A DNA stretch of 64,000 nt from Promethearchaeota archaeon (GCA_048937405.1 JBHLNF010000002.1:96001-160000); one strand, 5' to 3'. Numbered from the stretch's first letter, positions 50,592-61,238 are shown. The notes: a model not told the origin generated them from the letters alone. Made by a program: numbers and translations.

Positions 50592-51146
50592 GTGAAAATT
50601 AAAATGACTAAACTATTATTTGAACTCAACGATGTAATTCATAGAAAATTTAAGACCTTCTGCATTAATAAAGGAACAACCATGAAAAAGGAATTAAACA
50701 AATATATCGAGATTCTCCTTAAGGAAAATGACTCTGATCTAAATACAGAAGATCTTACAAAAGCTATTACTGAAAAAGAACGTAAAGAAAAATGGGAATT
50801 AGCTTTAAAACAATATAAAAAGAAAAAAGAATCAAAGAAGGAAAAAAAGAAATATAAACAAAAACAAAGACGTATACAATATGAAGAAGCAGAAAAACTT
50901 TATCATCAGAATAAAATCGTTAAATTACAAGAAAAGAGAGAAGATCTTATTAGAGAATTAGTTAGAAAGAATCCTTTTCTCGATCCCTGGGGGTATGAAT
51001 TTGATAAAGAAATTATACCAGAAATCGAAGAATTTAATAGTAGATATACTCTGAGAGGTCTAATAGCTTTACCTGATCAGACTTTAATAAACATTTGGTA
51101 TAAATTCCAACAAGAAGAAGTAAATAAATTAGAAGGTGATTTTTAA
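50592..51146 (+). CDS. RHH (ParG/CopG-like) DNA-binding protein with coiled coil
   Basis: KLLFELNDVIHRKFKTFCINKGTTMKKELNKYIE. Confidence 0.65.
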   Translation: MKIKMTKLLFELNDVIHRKFKTFCINKGTTMKKELNKYIEILLKENDSDLNTEDLTKAITEKERKEKWELALKQYKKKKESKKEKKKYKQKQRRIQYEEAEKLYHQNKIVKLQEKREDLIRELVRKNPFLDPWGYEFDKEIIPEIEEFNSRYTLRGLIALPDQTLINIWYKFQQEEVNKLEGDF

Positions 51147-51324
51147 AATGTGTACAAAAGAAGAAGCTATGAGAAAACTTGTAGAATTTATGACTCCTGA
51201 AGAATTTACTGAATCTCTTCAGGAGACTGAATCATCTTATAATTATCTTAAAGAAGTATGCTCAGATTTGCAATTACAGTTAAAAATCCTGCGTGAAACT
51301 ATTGCCGAAAAACGAAGCAATTGA
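51136..51324 (+). CDS. Small coiled-coil viral protein
   Basis: Overlapping operon ORF (AGGTGA upstream of an internal ATG). Confidence 0.55.
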   Translation: MIFKMCTKEEAMRKLVEFMTPEEFTESLQETESSYNYLKEVCSDLQLQLKILRETIAEKRSN

Positions 51325-51760
51325 AAAAACTCTTTACAAATATCGAAAATTAGGAAAACAGCATCCAGATATTCCCAAGTGTGAGTTATGTGGTTGTCTT
51401 CTTAAAAAAGATCGTGAATGGGTTTGTCCTAACTGTGGTTTAGTTCACGACAAAATCTTAAATGGAGGAACTGAACGACCTGGTGATTTATCCTTCCAAT
51501 CTGAAGCAGATTTTTCTAAGTTCATGCGTGAAAGTTTAAACGATCGAGCTATTCATAAGAAGCTTCGAAAAAAAGTCTACTTTGAGGAGTATCACAAGGA
51601 TTATTATCAAGGATTTAAAACCGTTAATTTATACGTAGAAGTTCACGAAAAACTCAAAAAATTCTGCATCAGACATAAAATTAAACAATACGTGCTTATT
51701 TCGCAAGTTTTAGATATAATCCTACCAATTTTAGAAGAAAACGTGAATAAAAATGGTTAA
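51293..51760 (+). CDS. TFIIB-type zinc ribbon plus C-terminal RHH-like domain
   Basis: CELCG...EWVCPNCGLV; KTVNLYVEVHEKLKKFC. Confidence 0.65.
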   Translation: MKLLPKNEAIEKTLYKYRKLGKQHPDIPKCELCGCLLKKDREWVCPNCGLVHDKILNGGTERPGDLSFQSEADFSKFMRESLNDRAIHKKLRKKVYFEEYHKDYYQGFKTVNLYVEVHEKLKKFCIRHKIKQYVLISQVLDIILPILEENVNKNG

Positions 51761-51965
51761 TAAGGAGAGATTTTGTACTAGCATTGAACTCAAGGGAGAT
51801 TACGCTGTTTATGTAAGAAAATTGAAAAATATGGGTTTTAATATCTCCAGATTTATACGAGAAGCAATTCAAAACTATGTGAAAATACATTCAAAAAATC
51901 TACAAAAATTAATCATGTTTGCGGATTCTATGAATAAACCTACTAAATTTATAAACGAAGAATAA
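51753..51965 (+). CDS. RHH protein (CcdA/VapB-like DNA-binding)
   Basis: TSIEL...MGFNISRFIREAI. Confidence 0.65.
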   Translation: MVNKERFCTSIELKGDYAVYVRKLKNMGFNISRFIREAIQNYVKIHSKNLQKLIMFADSMNKPTKFINEE

Positions 51966-51976
51966 AAAAGAAGAAT

Positions 51977-53152
51977 TTAGTCAGAAGGTTTTATAACTTT
52001 ACCTTCTTTCTTTTGTTTTTCAATATATTTTTCAAACTTATCTTTATCGATCATAGGAAAAAAAGTATTAACCATCTCTTTCATTAAACTAAACTCTTTC
52101 TTCATGTTACTTATATCTCCTCTTAATTCGAAGTTTTCTTGTTTTAATTTCTTGACTTCTTCTGAAGTTCTATCGTACACTTCACAGTCAATGCAAATAT
52201 TTGGTTCTATTTTTAACCACTGCTTATAAAACCACTCAATATCGAGCAGGTTTTGATTATAACTTCTGCTTAAATTTGTAGCTTTATGACCTAGTAAATG
52301 CTCTCTAAATTCTGCATCAATTTCCCTTGATCTTCTTACCTGACTTGAGAAATATTTCCTAAACGTGTGAGTTTTAATATTTCCTTCTATACCCATTTCT
52401 TTACAAATTGCTTTTAATCTTCTAAGATAATTATTCTTATTAATCTTATTTCCCATTTTAGTTTCAAAGATAAATCCTCCTACAGATTCTATTAAATTTG
52501 ATAGTTCAGTAGGAAAAAACACATAATTAATTTTAACTCCTTCTTTCATTGTTTTAAAGTTTCTAATAAATGAATGATTTTTATACTTTTCAATCTTATA
52601 TTTAGGAGTACATTCAAGAATATCACTAATTCTAAATCCAGTTAATGCTTGGAATTTTAAGATTAATCTATATTCTGGTCTGTGTAAATTGACAAGAATC
52701 TTTTGAATAGTATTTCTATCCAAGATAATTTCATTAACATTTGAACCTGCAGAAACAGTTTGTAATCCATCACTTAAAGGAGATCCTCTATCAGAGTAAA
52801 AAGATTTAATTCTTGATTGAATCATATTCTTCACAGAACCTTCATTAACTCCATCTCGTAATAAACTGCTTAAATATGTGAGTAACCTTTTATTTCTTTC
52901 GTCAATTTCTTCCTCTAAGAATTCAGTAGGATTTTCACACTCGTAAAATCTACAGTAATCATTCAGAGGTTTTAAATAACCTGTGGTGTTAAATCTTGAA
53001 GGTATTTTTCCACTTCGTGCATATTTCTCTACTTTATGGACTATCCAGAGTTTTACATCATTATTCCTAAAGATTGGATATTTTTTCTCCCATTTCTCAA
53101 TTTTCTTCTGTCCAAATACTTCAGTTAAATTTAAATTTTTTAATTCTATCAT
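51977..53152 (-). CDS. int: Tyrosine recombinase/integrase
   Basis: TGFRISD (R), KT, HTFRK (HxxR), LLGH, SRSY (Y); C-terminal coiled coil. Confidence 0.93.
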   Translation of the reverse strand: MIELKNLNLTEVFGQKKIEKWEKKYPIFRNNDVKLWIVHKVEKYARSGKIPSRFNTTGYLKPLNDYCRFYECENPTEFLEEEIDERNKRLLTYLSSLLRDGVNEGSVKNMIQSRIKSFYSDRGSPLSDGLQTVSAGSNVNEIILDRNTIQKILVNLHRPEYRLILKFQALTGFRISDILECTPKYKIEKYKNHSFIRNFKTMKEGVKINYVFFPTELSNLIESVGGFIFETKMGNKINKNNYLRRLKAICKEMGIEGNIKTHTFRKYFSSQVRRSREIDAEFREHLLGHKATNLSRSYNQNLLDIEWFYKQWLKIEPNICIDCEVYDRTSEEVKKLKQENFELRGDISNMKKEFSLMKEMVNTFFPMIDKDKFEKYIEKQKKEGKVIKPSD

Positions 53153-53294
53153 AGGTTACAGAAGGAAGATTTTATTTATAAACTTTATGCTGTGTACGGT
53201 AGATTTTTTATATAAAATCTTTATCATTTTTTTTATTTTTTGTCTCTCTTTACTTTTAATAAACTTTTTAGCCCATATTGAATTTAGTAAAAGA

Positions 53295-54044
53295 ATGAAA
53301 AGAGCAAATCAATTTCTAGAGAAATTAACTCGAATTTATTATCGAGTGAGTAATCCAAAATTAACTAAAATATGTATATATTGTAGCCTATCTATTTTTA
53401 TTTTAGGATTATTAATTGGTGTTTTGATTGCTTCAATTTTTGGTTCACAAGGGTATCAAATATGGTATAATTATATAAGTGACCTAGGTTCAATCAGATA
53501 TACACCAGCACCATTCATTCTTGATTTAATAGCAATGATTACATCAGTTTTACTTATACCGATGTTTATTTATTTTGCAGATATATTAATACGAGGTTCA
53601 GTAGATATAATTTTAAATTCTAAAAATAAGATTCTTAAGAGAATTTATCATGGTATTTTGATAATAATCGCATTAATAGGTTTATTTTGGCTTATAGTCG
53701 GAGCTGTGGGTTTATTTGGAATTGGTTTATTTAGTGAAGACAGAACAACAGAATTAGGGCTTCATTTTTTTTTTTCTATTGTTGTCTTTTTGGGATTAGC
53801 TCTAGGAGCTTTTTTTAATGGTATAGTTCTTTTATTAAAAAAAACCACTTTTCCAATAATTTTAGGTATTTACATGATTTTAGTCCCTATCCCTATTGGA
53901 TTTCTGTTTTTATTTCCACCCTATCCATATACAGAACAGTTTCTTGAATGGATGATGTTCCTTACGGATTTGATATGGTTAATATATATCTCAGGTTTTT
54001 TACTGAAATATATTAAGAATAAAGAATTTCAAAGCGAAAAATAA
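53295..54044 (+). CDS. DUF998-like membrane protein (host gene at provirus boundary)
   Basis: NYISDLG, GIGLFSED, H and EW motifs; start revised to ATG 53295. Confidence 0.75.
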   Translation: MKRANQFLEKLTRIYYRVSNPKLTKICIYCSLSIFILGLLIGVLIASIFGSQGYQIWYNYISDLGSIRYTPAPFILDLIAMITSVLLIPMFIYFADILIRGSVDIILNSKNKILKRIYHGILIIIALIGLFWLIVGAVGLFGIGLFSEDRTTELGLHFFFSIVVFLGLALGAFFNGIVLLLKKTTFPIILGIYMILVPIPIGFLFLFPPYPYTEQFLEWMMFLTDLIWLIYISGFLLKYIKNKEFQSEK

Positions 54045-54103
54045 GATTTTATTAGGTTTTTTTAGAAGAAATAAGAAAATTTTTCAAAAATATTACATAT
54101 TTG

Positions 54104-54830
54104 TTATTCTAAAATCTGTTTTCTGCGGAAAATTGATATTAGTGATGCAATTGCAATAATCGTTATTGGTATCATCAGAATAGTGGTATAACCAGAAACA
54201 GCACCAGGTGATGATGGTTTTTTGATTACTGTATATTCAAATGGATCTCCTGAGTCACTTTTTCGAATTGATTTGCCCCCATCATTATCCCATGCTACAA
54301 CATACCATAAAGATCTTGTATTATATTTTTGAGCGGGAATTTTTCCTTCCCAAACTCCAGACATTGGGGATTCATCAGAGAGAAAGCTATAATTTCAAAT
54401 AGCTCCATCATCTATAGAATACAAGATTAACGCTTCTTGTATTCCAACCTCAACAAAAATATCAACAGTCACTATTGGGGAATCATCTGGACATGGATAA
54501 TGATTATCATCATTTGAGTCTAAATCAACAACGGGAACTTTAATTACAGGAGGAATATAATCAAATGTATCATGTTCGAGAGGATTAGAATTAATATAGG
54601 TCAATGAATATTGTCTAAAAACAATGGTTTCAATTTCAACATACTGAACGAGATCAGAGCACGCTGACGTGAACTGAGTATAAGAAAAGATTGCGCCTGT
54701 ATAAAATGGATTTAGTGAGGTGGTGTACGTAGGGAGCTTTTGGGCGAATCATTTAACTCATCACTATCAATAGCACGAGTGTATGGTGTTGAAATAGGAA
54801 TCACAAAGATCAGGCTTAGAGTATGTGGGT
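54104..54830 (-). pseudogene. Degraded cell-surface protein gene with Loki-CTERM-like tail (5' end approximate)
   Basis: ORFs 54395-54604 and 54104-54364 are in frame across a single TGA (YSIDDGAI*NYSF); upstream frameshift near 54720-54750; VSGY-TM-RRK tail. Confidence 0.65.
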
Positions 54831-54904
54831 AAAAGAAGCGTTTTTGGAAATAGAAAAATTGGATGATTTGAGATGAAGAGGATTAGATGGAGTATGTTCT
54901 TGAG

Positions 54905-57900
54905 TCAGATTTTTTTTAACAAATTTTGTAAGTTAAAATTAATTATTGATAATCTCCCAATTAAATAATTAGCTTCATCTTCAGAGATACTGCCTTTTTC
55001 TGAGAAATAATTTATCATCGAAATAGTTAGTTCTAAGTTATATAGTGTATATTCTAAAATCCATTCAATATTATAATCCATTGAAATCTTGAATAATGCT
55101 AACTCTAGAAACCCTATAGAATGAGAATTCATACATCTAACACAAATCCCAGCACAAGATTGAATTTCCTCTTCAATAAAATCCTGCAAATCAAGTAATT
55201 GAATTTCTATATATGCAATATCATAAGCCTGTTCTATACTGGTAGAGACGCCCTTTAAAATTACGATGTTATTCCTTATTTCATGGCAGGTATCAATTAT
55301 ATATTCAGTGTGATAGTCATTAATGCAATTGATCCTATTAAAAATCTTGATCTTATACTCAAAAATTTGTATATAATTATTTGCCATATAGCAATTATAG
55401 AGACCACATATAATCTCTCCACTCTCAAAAAAATCAAGTGCTTCGTTCAAACATTCTTGAGCTTGAGACAATTTCCAATTTAGAGATTTCTCTATTCCAT
55501 AGCATATATTCTCCCCTATGTATCTCTTTATTTCCTCTATTTGCCATTCTACATATTCATAGGTCTTTTCTAATGATATTTCAAAAGAAACAGAAATAAA
55601 AGATGATAATGAGTCACCTGGTAAGTCGTTGTCAGCATCAGTTACCTTTAATTCAATTTCATAAGTATTGGGATTCATTATCCATTGATTTTTTAGAATA
55701 AATGTATAAATGTCTACGGTTTGTATTTGGTCTATTGATTCTATTAAAGTTTTATTGATAAATATTTCAAATGACGCTATTCCACTCTCATCGAGTATTT
55801 TTAGAGAAACATTCACATAATGTATATCAACTGAAATTATTAAATCAGATAATTCTGGCGGAATTGTATCATCATCTAACACTTTAACTACTAAATCTTG
55901 AATAGCTGTAATAGTCTTTGTTTCTAAATTTTGTGTTATGTTTATCTTAAAATTAAAAGTAGAATTCTCATAAGGACTATTTTCCGGAATCTTAATAATT
56001 AGTTTAAGTAGTTTTTCTTCTTCACCTTTTAATCCTATAATATGTTTATTATCCATATTTTGAGTGAGTTTAGTGGAATTTACGAAAGTAATGTTGGTTA
56101 CGAAATCACTTGGTAGTCCTAATATTTCAATTTGAGGGGTAATTATATCATATACATCCTTCATTTTAATATTAACATCATTATACGCTTTAAAAAGAAA
56201 TTCTACTGTATCTCCATTTTTCACTTCTTTCTCCGATTCATCAAGTAATTCCAAGTTTATTTGATTATATTTCTCTGTTTTTGATTGTAATCTCATTCCA
56301 ATGGCATATAAAGTATAAAAATCAAAATATCGAGTGTTGGTAAAATTATTTAAACAATATGGTATGATTCTGTCCAATAATGTAAGACAAATCTGGAATT
56401 TACTATCATTAAACAGTTGCTTGGCTTGATTCATTTTATTCTCTAATTTATGAAGATTGTCAATAACCTCATCATTATCAATGATAGGCAAATTTAATCT
56501 ATTTATTTGTATCCAATAATGCTCCACAATAAACGAGTTTTCAATATTATTATATATTTGATTCATGTTATAAGAAAAGGGAACACTTTCAGTTGCTTTA
56601 GAAAAGACTCTACGAATATCTGAATCTGTATTACTTTGAATGATTACTTCCGTTAATTCCAAGGAATTATCATTGGAATCATCTTCTCTAAAATTAGCCT
56701 GCCTCTCTAGACATGTCAGATATCTTGAATCATATGCAAAATTATCACGTACTTGATCAATCATTTCATCTGAAAAGATATCAATCGATAGTTCATTAAC
56801 TTGGCTAAGAAGAGTTGTTATTATGAAAGCCAAGTCCTTACTATATTCTAAAGTCAATGTTTTAATGTTTTTTGAAAAATTCAAAGCATAATTGATTTGG
56901 TTTAATGCATGGGACCACTGATTTTCATTTACAGCTGTATGGTAACGATTCATACTAATATACATTCCAAATAAGTTCTTCTCACACTCATATGTCTTTT
57001 TTATAAAGGCGAGGGTTCTTCTTGCTAATGGATCTTCTTCTAAGAGTTCAGGAAAAAGATCAGTGGGTAAATCCATTATTTCAGGATTTGGTTTTTGGTC
57101 ATAATTTTGATCTATTGGATCCTTTCCATTTGCAATATCTATATAATCATATAACATAGAATTCATTCCCGACGCAAGTAGGGGTCCATAAATATAAGAC
57201 ATAAGTCCAACACCATCCATTATTTGACTAACATATTGAGCCATACTCATACTTAGGACTATTGAACCAATTTGTTTTAAAGCCCAAACTTGATCATCAG
57301 TTGGAATGAGTAGCATTTTCATAGAATAAAATCTATTATTTTCATTATAGTCAAACCCTAATGTTGCATTATCTTTAGTTGGAATATATAGAACATCCTT
57401 TAATTTATCGGGATTGTTTTCTTCATATTGAACATTCCAGAAAACTTTGTTTATTGTAGAATTATAATCTCTAGGATAATATAATTTCTCGATTCTAATA
57501 CCAAAATGAATAAGTGAGGTAATTTCCGAAAGAAGTGGGATGTTCTTAAATTGGAAATAATCATTAATTTTTTTATCTGTGTTTATCTTTGCTTCTTTAT
57601 ATTGATCCATAAATTTATCTGCAACTTCTGCGACTGCCTTGTACTTCCCCTTTGCAACCCTTGGTAAAAAAAAATCTAAAAATGTACTTACTCCTGATTC
57701 AAGAACCTCTCCTGCATTTGTTTCTCCTTTTTTATAATCAACCAACATACCTTTAATCAAATCTGAAAATATTGAAAGATTGTTTACTTTTAGCGTAAGA
57801 AAATTTTCAATTGTTATTATTTCCCCAGCATCAATCTCTATCCACAAATTACAGCTACCGATACCACCTGTTTGAATTGAAGAGGCAAAATCGTTATGAA

Positions 57901-59641
57901 AAAAAGTATCCTCAATAGTTTCTGGTGTTTGATCCCCGAATCCCTCATATAAATTTATTCTTCCTCCCTCAGTGTGTTTTATTATATTAAATGCAGTGGA
58001 ATTAATCTGCGTTGTTAATCTAGGACTATTTTCGAATTGTGTATAATTAAGTTGGAATCTTATCGGATAATTATTGGTGTTTATTAAAGTTAAGTTGAAA
58101 TATAGCTCAGTTGGTTCTGTAACCTGCTTAAAAGGTACAATACCATATTCTTCTTTTGTATAAGGATCATAATATCTAACATCAAAATCTGTATATATAT
58201 CATCAAAATTTGTAATAAGTTGTCCAATGTTTATCGTCTCTGGAGTAGGTAAAGGAGCAGCGGAAGATAATGTAAAGTTAAACTTCTCAGAATATAAAGT
58301 ATCATCCACTCTATCAGTATCGTTGTCGTCAGCTTGAACAGAAAAGTGTATATCTAATCCCTTCGGTAAATCTTTAAGTGAAAAAGCTACTCCAAATCTA
58401 TAGATTGGTATTGGAATAAAACCAAACCACCAAGAAGTTTCCCTTATCCTTGCTATAGGCCATGTTATAGAGAATTTGTTCGCATAATCATCTAACCATA
58501 TTTCTATATGTAGATTCCCTTGGTACATTATCTCATCATCAAAAGAATCATCCTCTACATATATAATTAAAGCATGATCATCATGGAAACCGTTTACCTG
58601 ATTCTCTTTTATTTTTCCGGGAAGATTCCACATTTTAGTTTCAAGTTCCAAATAGCCAAAGGCTGAATTCCAAGTAATGGTAGGATTCTCAGAATTATTT
58701 ACTACTGTAACTACATTGGATATTCGAGGTGGTGTAGTGTCATCGTCTATGATATTTATTGGGACCCATTCAATTTGTATGGGCAGAACTGGCCAATTAT
58801 CAGGATATTGCACCGAACTGACAACTTCATTAAATAAACTTACTTTAGCTTCAGCTTTATGCCAACCCCAAAAATCCCACCAATCCCATTCTATTTTGAA
58901 AAATATTTTTACACGAGAATCTAAGAAATGAGGATTCATAACGGCATCCAATCGAACTCCATAAACTCCCCATATACTACCTACCCAAGATTTTCCTGAT
59001 GGATGTCCAAAATGAAAATCGTCTTGATGTTCCTGAATATCTAATTGATGGACTTCATCAGGGTTTAGCAAATTTGGTAAAGGGACGTGCCATTCATCTA
59101 ACCATGCATCGACTCTTGTTATCCTTTCTCCAAGTGTACTCCCAGCTTTCACTTTAAATCTCATTCGAAACTCTTCATCATCATGTCTTATCAAACTCTC
59201 TAATGTAGGCAAACCATAATAACTACTCATCCCCAAATCATTAGCTGGAAATGTTAAGCTTGGACTATTATGCTTGACTAATTCTTGAGTTTCTTCTTTA
59301 GTCAAAGTACCGTTTTCATAACCCCATAATGCGAAGAGATAATTATTGAATAATAAGGTATCATTTTCAGACAAATAATAATAATCTGATAGTGTTAAAT
59401 TAAATTGTTCTAAAAGTCTATTCCTGTAATAGTTATATTGATCATTTGGATTATCTGGTACATTAGTCAAATTGCTAAAAAAATCTGATTCATCATTGAT
59501 ATTGAACCCTTTATTATCTTTTCGCTTATTTTCATTTATCATTAAGTTTGAATTTATTAATGTATATTTATTTATGGATAAATTAAATCCTAAGCAGACT
59601 ATTAATAATAACACTATTTTAGAAAAAATCTTGTTTTTCAT
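54905..59641 (-). CDS. Large secreted/surface protein (1578 aa), function unknown
   Basis: Signal peptide; repeated DDDTxPP and DxDND motifs, Ig-like and helical regions. Confidence 0.75.
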   Translation of the reverse strand: MKNKIFSKIVLLLIVCLGFNLSINKYTLINSNLMINENKRKDNKGFNINDESDFFSNLTNVPDNPNDQYNYYRNRLLEQFNLTLSDYYYLSENDTLLFNNYLFALWGYENGTLTKEETQELVKHNSPSLTFPANDLGMSSYYGLPTLESLIRHDDEEFRMRFKVKAGSTLGERITRVDAWLDEWHVPLPNLLNPDEVHQLDIQEHQDDFHFGHPSGKSWVGSIWGVYGVRLDAVMNPHFLDSRVKIFFKIEWDWWDFWGWHKAEAKVSLFNEVVSSVQYPDNWPVLPIQIEWVPINIIDDDTTPPRISNVVTVVNNSENPTITWNSAFGYLELETKMWNLPGKIKENQVNGFHDDHALIIYVEDDSFDDEIMYQGNLHIEIWLDDYANKFSITWPIARIRETSWWFGFIPIPIYRFGVAFSLKDLPKGLDIHFSVQADDNDTDRVDDTLYSEKFNFTLSSAAPLPTPETINIGQLITNFDDIYTDFDVRYYDPYTKEEYGIVPFKQVTEPTELYFNLTLINTNNYPIRFQLNYTQFENSPRLTTQINSTAFNIIKHTEGGRINLYEGFGDQTPETIEDTFFHNDFASSIQTGGIGSCNLWIEIDAGEIITIENFLTLKVNNLSIFSDLIKGMLVDYKKGETNAGEVLESGVSTFLDFFLPRVAKGKYKAVAEVADKFMDQYKEAKINTDKKINDYFQFKNIPLLSEITSLIHFGIRIEKLYYPRDYNSTINKVFWNVQYEENNPDKLKDVLYIPTKDNATLGFDYNENNRFYSMKMLLIPTDDQVWALKQIGSIVLSMSMAQYVSQIMDGVGLMSYIYGPLLASGMNSMLYDYIDIANGKDPIDQNYDQKPNPEIMDLPTDLFPELLEEDPLARRTLAFIKKTYECEKNLFGMYISMNRYHTAVNENQWSHALNQINYALNFSKNIKTLTLEYSKDLAFIITTLLSQVNELSIDIFSDEMIDQVRDNFAYDSRYLTCLERQANFREDDSNDNSLELTEVIIQSNTDSDIRRVFSKATESVPFSYNMNQIYNNIENSFIVEHYWIQINRLNLPIIDNDEVIDNLHKLENKMNQAKQLFNDSKFQICLTLLDRIIPYCLNNFTNTRYFDFYTLYAIGMRLQSKTEKYNQINLELLDESEKEVKNGDTVEFLFKAYNDVNIKMKDVYDIITPQIEILGLPSDFVTNITFVNSTKLTQNMDNKHIIGLKGEEEKLLKLIIKIPENSPYENSTFNFKINITQNLETKTITAIQDLVVKVLDDDTIPPELSDLIISVDIHYVNVSLKILDESGIASFEIFINKTLIESIDQIQTVDIYTFILKNQWIMNPNTYEIELKVTDADNDLPGDSLSSFISVSFEISLEKTYEYVEWQIEEIKRYIGENICYGIEKSLNWKLSQAQECLNEALDFFESGEIICGLYNCYMANNYIQIFEYKIKIFNRINCINDYHTEYIIDTCHEIRNNIVILKGVSTSIEQAYDIAYIEIQLLDLQDFIEEEIQSCAGICVRCMNSHSIGFLELALFKISMDYNIEWILEYTLYNLELTISMINYFSEKGSISEDEANYLIGRLSIINFNLQNLLKKI

Positions 59642-59964
59642 TCAATTTCACCCTAAAATTTTGGATTACCCTAAAATATAATAATTATATATTTAACATT
59701 TTTGTCTATTTTTTAAGAAACAATTTGATTAATATTCCTATTAAAAGTATTAAGAATATTTTTTCATATTCTTCTACTATTTTTTTTGTATTAAAATTGA
59801 ATTTCGATCTCATTTGCTCTAAATATAAGGCAAATTTAAGTTAATTCTTAAGGTAATTTTATTATTGTTTAATATATAAATATATCTATAGAAAAAATTT
59901 TTTATCTAGTCTTATTATTTGATAATAGAGACCAAAAACAGCAATCAAATACCTAATTATTCAT

Positions 59965-60279
59965 ATGCCAAAAAAAACACGTAGAGACTACGATTATTAC
60001 AATCTAAACATTCCAAATGAACTTCGGATACTTTTTGAAGCATATTTACTCCACCATCCTAATTTAGGATTTAAGAGTGTATCTCAGTATTTATTACATG
60101 TATTACAGAATAAAGCAGAGGATTTAATAAAAGAAAATCCAGAATTGAAAAAAATAGATAATATTCAGATTAGTAATGTCATTTATAAGCTCCAAGAAAA
60201 TGGGACTTACGAGAAAGTAGCTGATAAGGAGAAATTATTAGATAAAATTGATGAATTATGGTATGATGATAAAAAATAA
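59965..60279 (+). CDS. RHH-like DNA-binding protein
   Basis: LNIPNEL...LGFKSVSQYL. Confidence 0.55.
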   Translation: MPKKTRRDYDYYNLNIPNELRILFEAYLLHHPNLGFKSVSQYLLHVLQNKAEDLIKENPELKKIDNIQISNVIYKLQENGTYEKVADKEKLLDKIDELWYDDKK

Positions 60280-60365
60280 AATAGAAAAAATGAAACTTTT
60301 TGTAAAAATATTTAAATTGCATTAATTTAAGTTTATATAAAATTTTTTACGAATCTAAATAACTT

Positions 60366-61238
60366 ATGAGTAGAACCTATTCTACGATATTTTATAAAAA
60401 GTTAATTATTTGTTTCATCCTAATTGCAGCAGTAATTTTTGATATTATAGTTAGTCTTTTAATTTTCATCCCAAATTGGCATATAATTACTGATTTATTT
60501 ATAGTTTATAATTTTATTCAAGTACTTACAATATTTATTATTTTAAGGATTTTTATTTCACTATATGGAACTAAAATATTGTGGCAACAATGGTTAAAAC
60601 AGAGAAGTTTTTCTCTCTTTAATATACCTTTCCTTTTTGGACTTTTTTTCGCTATCTTTCTTGTAACAAAAACATTAGATTTAATGATATATATCCTTTA
60701 CAGAATGTACCTTTCTTATTCTTATCCCTATGATACAGCATTATTTATTTCAAAAATACGATATTTTTTGGGTTTATTTTCTACTATTCCAATTTTTCTA
60801 ATAGGATTATATTTATATTTATACAAGAAAAACCTCTTTAAAGAAGAATTTGATATTAACACCAGAATTAAAAGGAATGCTACTTTATGTACAATTTTAT
60901 ATTCCTCTTTATTAGTAATAATGCTAAGTCTTATTAACAATATTCAACATATTTCATTTTTGATACTTATTTGTGTATGCTGTTCATTTTCGTTCTCTAT
61001 TTGGTTTTTCATAGTAATTCATAGAGCTAAACGTTTACCTGAAATAAATAGTTTGATTATCAGTGTAGGTCTCATCTGTTATTTAATCGTTCAGCTTGTA
61101 AATCCTTTAATAGTCAATTTAGTAATGGGTTCTTCATTTGAAGGCGACATTTTAGCAGGAATATACTATGAAATAAGTCCTTTAATACCATCATTAATTA
61201 TTGTAATAGGTTTTAGAATTAAAGCGAATTATAACTAA
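60366..61238 (+). CDS. Multi-pass membrane protein
   Basis: Seven to eight hydrophobic helices. Confidence 0.7.
   Translation: MSRTYSTIFYKKLIICFILIAAVIFDIIVSLLIFIPNWHIITDLFIVYNFIQVLTIFIILRIFISLYGTKILWQQWLKQRSFSLFNIPFLFGLFFAIFLVTKTLDLMIYILYRMYLSYSYPYDTALFISKIRYFLGLFSTIPIFLIGLYLYLYKKNLFKEEFDINTRIKRNATLCTILYSSLLVIMLSLINNIQHISFLILICVCCSFSFSIWFFIVIHRAKRLPEINSLIISVGLICYLIVQLVNPLIVNLVMGSSFEGDILAGIYYEISPLIPSLIIVIGFRIKANYN

Larger units (their letters stand above)
36324..53233. mobile_element. Integrated head-tail (Caudoviricetes) provirus, ~16.8-16.9 kb, verdandivirus-like organisation
   Basis: Contiguous minus-strand terL-portal-protease-MCP-neck-tail operon, divergent regulators, terminal tyrosine integrase; ends uncertain by ~40 bp. 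Confidence 0.9.

Noticed and set aside
52983-53294. N-terminal extension of ORF 52983..54044, suggesting integration into a gene
   Set aside because: Antisense to the integrase and running across its promoter; ATG 53295 gives a complete protein
54395-54397. In-frame TGA as selenocysteine
   Set aside because: Context fits Trp (TGG to TGA) in a surface protein that also has a frameshift; no redox motif and no SECIS seen
595-60940. Numerous short antisense or nested ORFs in the track (e.g. 595-780, 6060-6353, 16113-16322, 28104-28334, 45751-45948, 58677-58931)
   Set aside because: Shadow ORFs of well-supported genes, with no motifs or RBS
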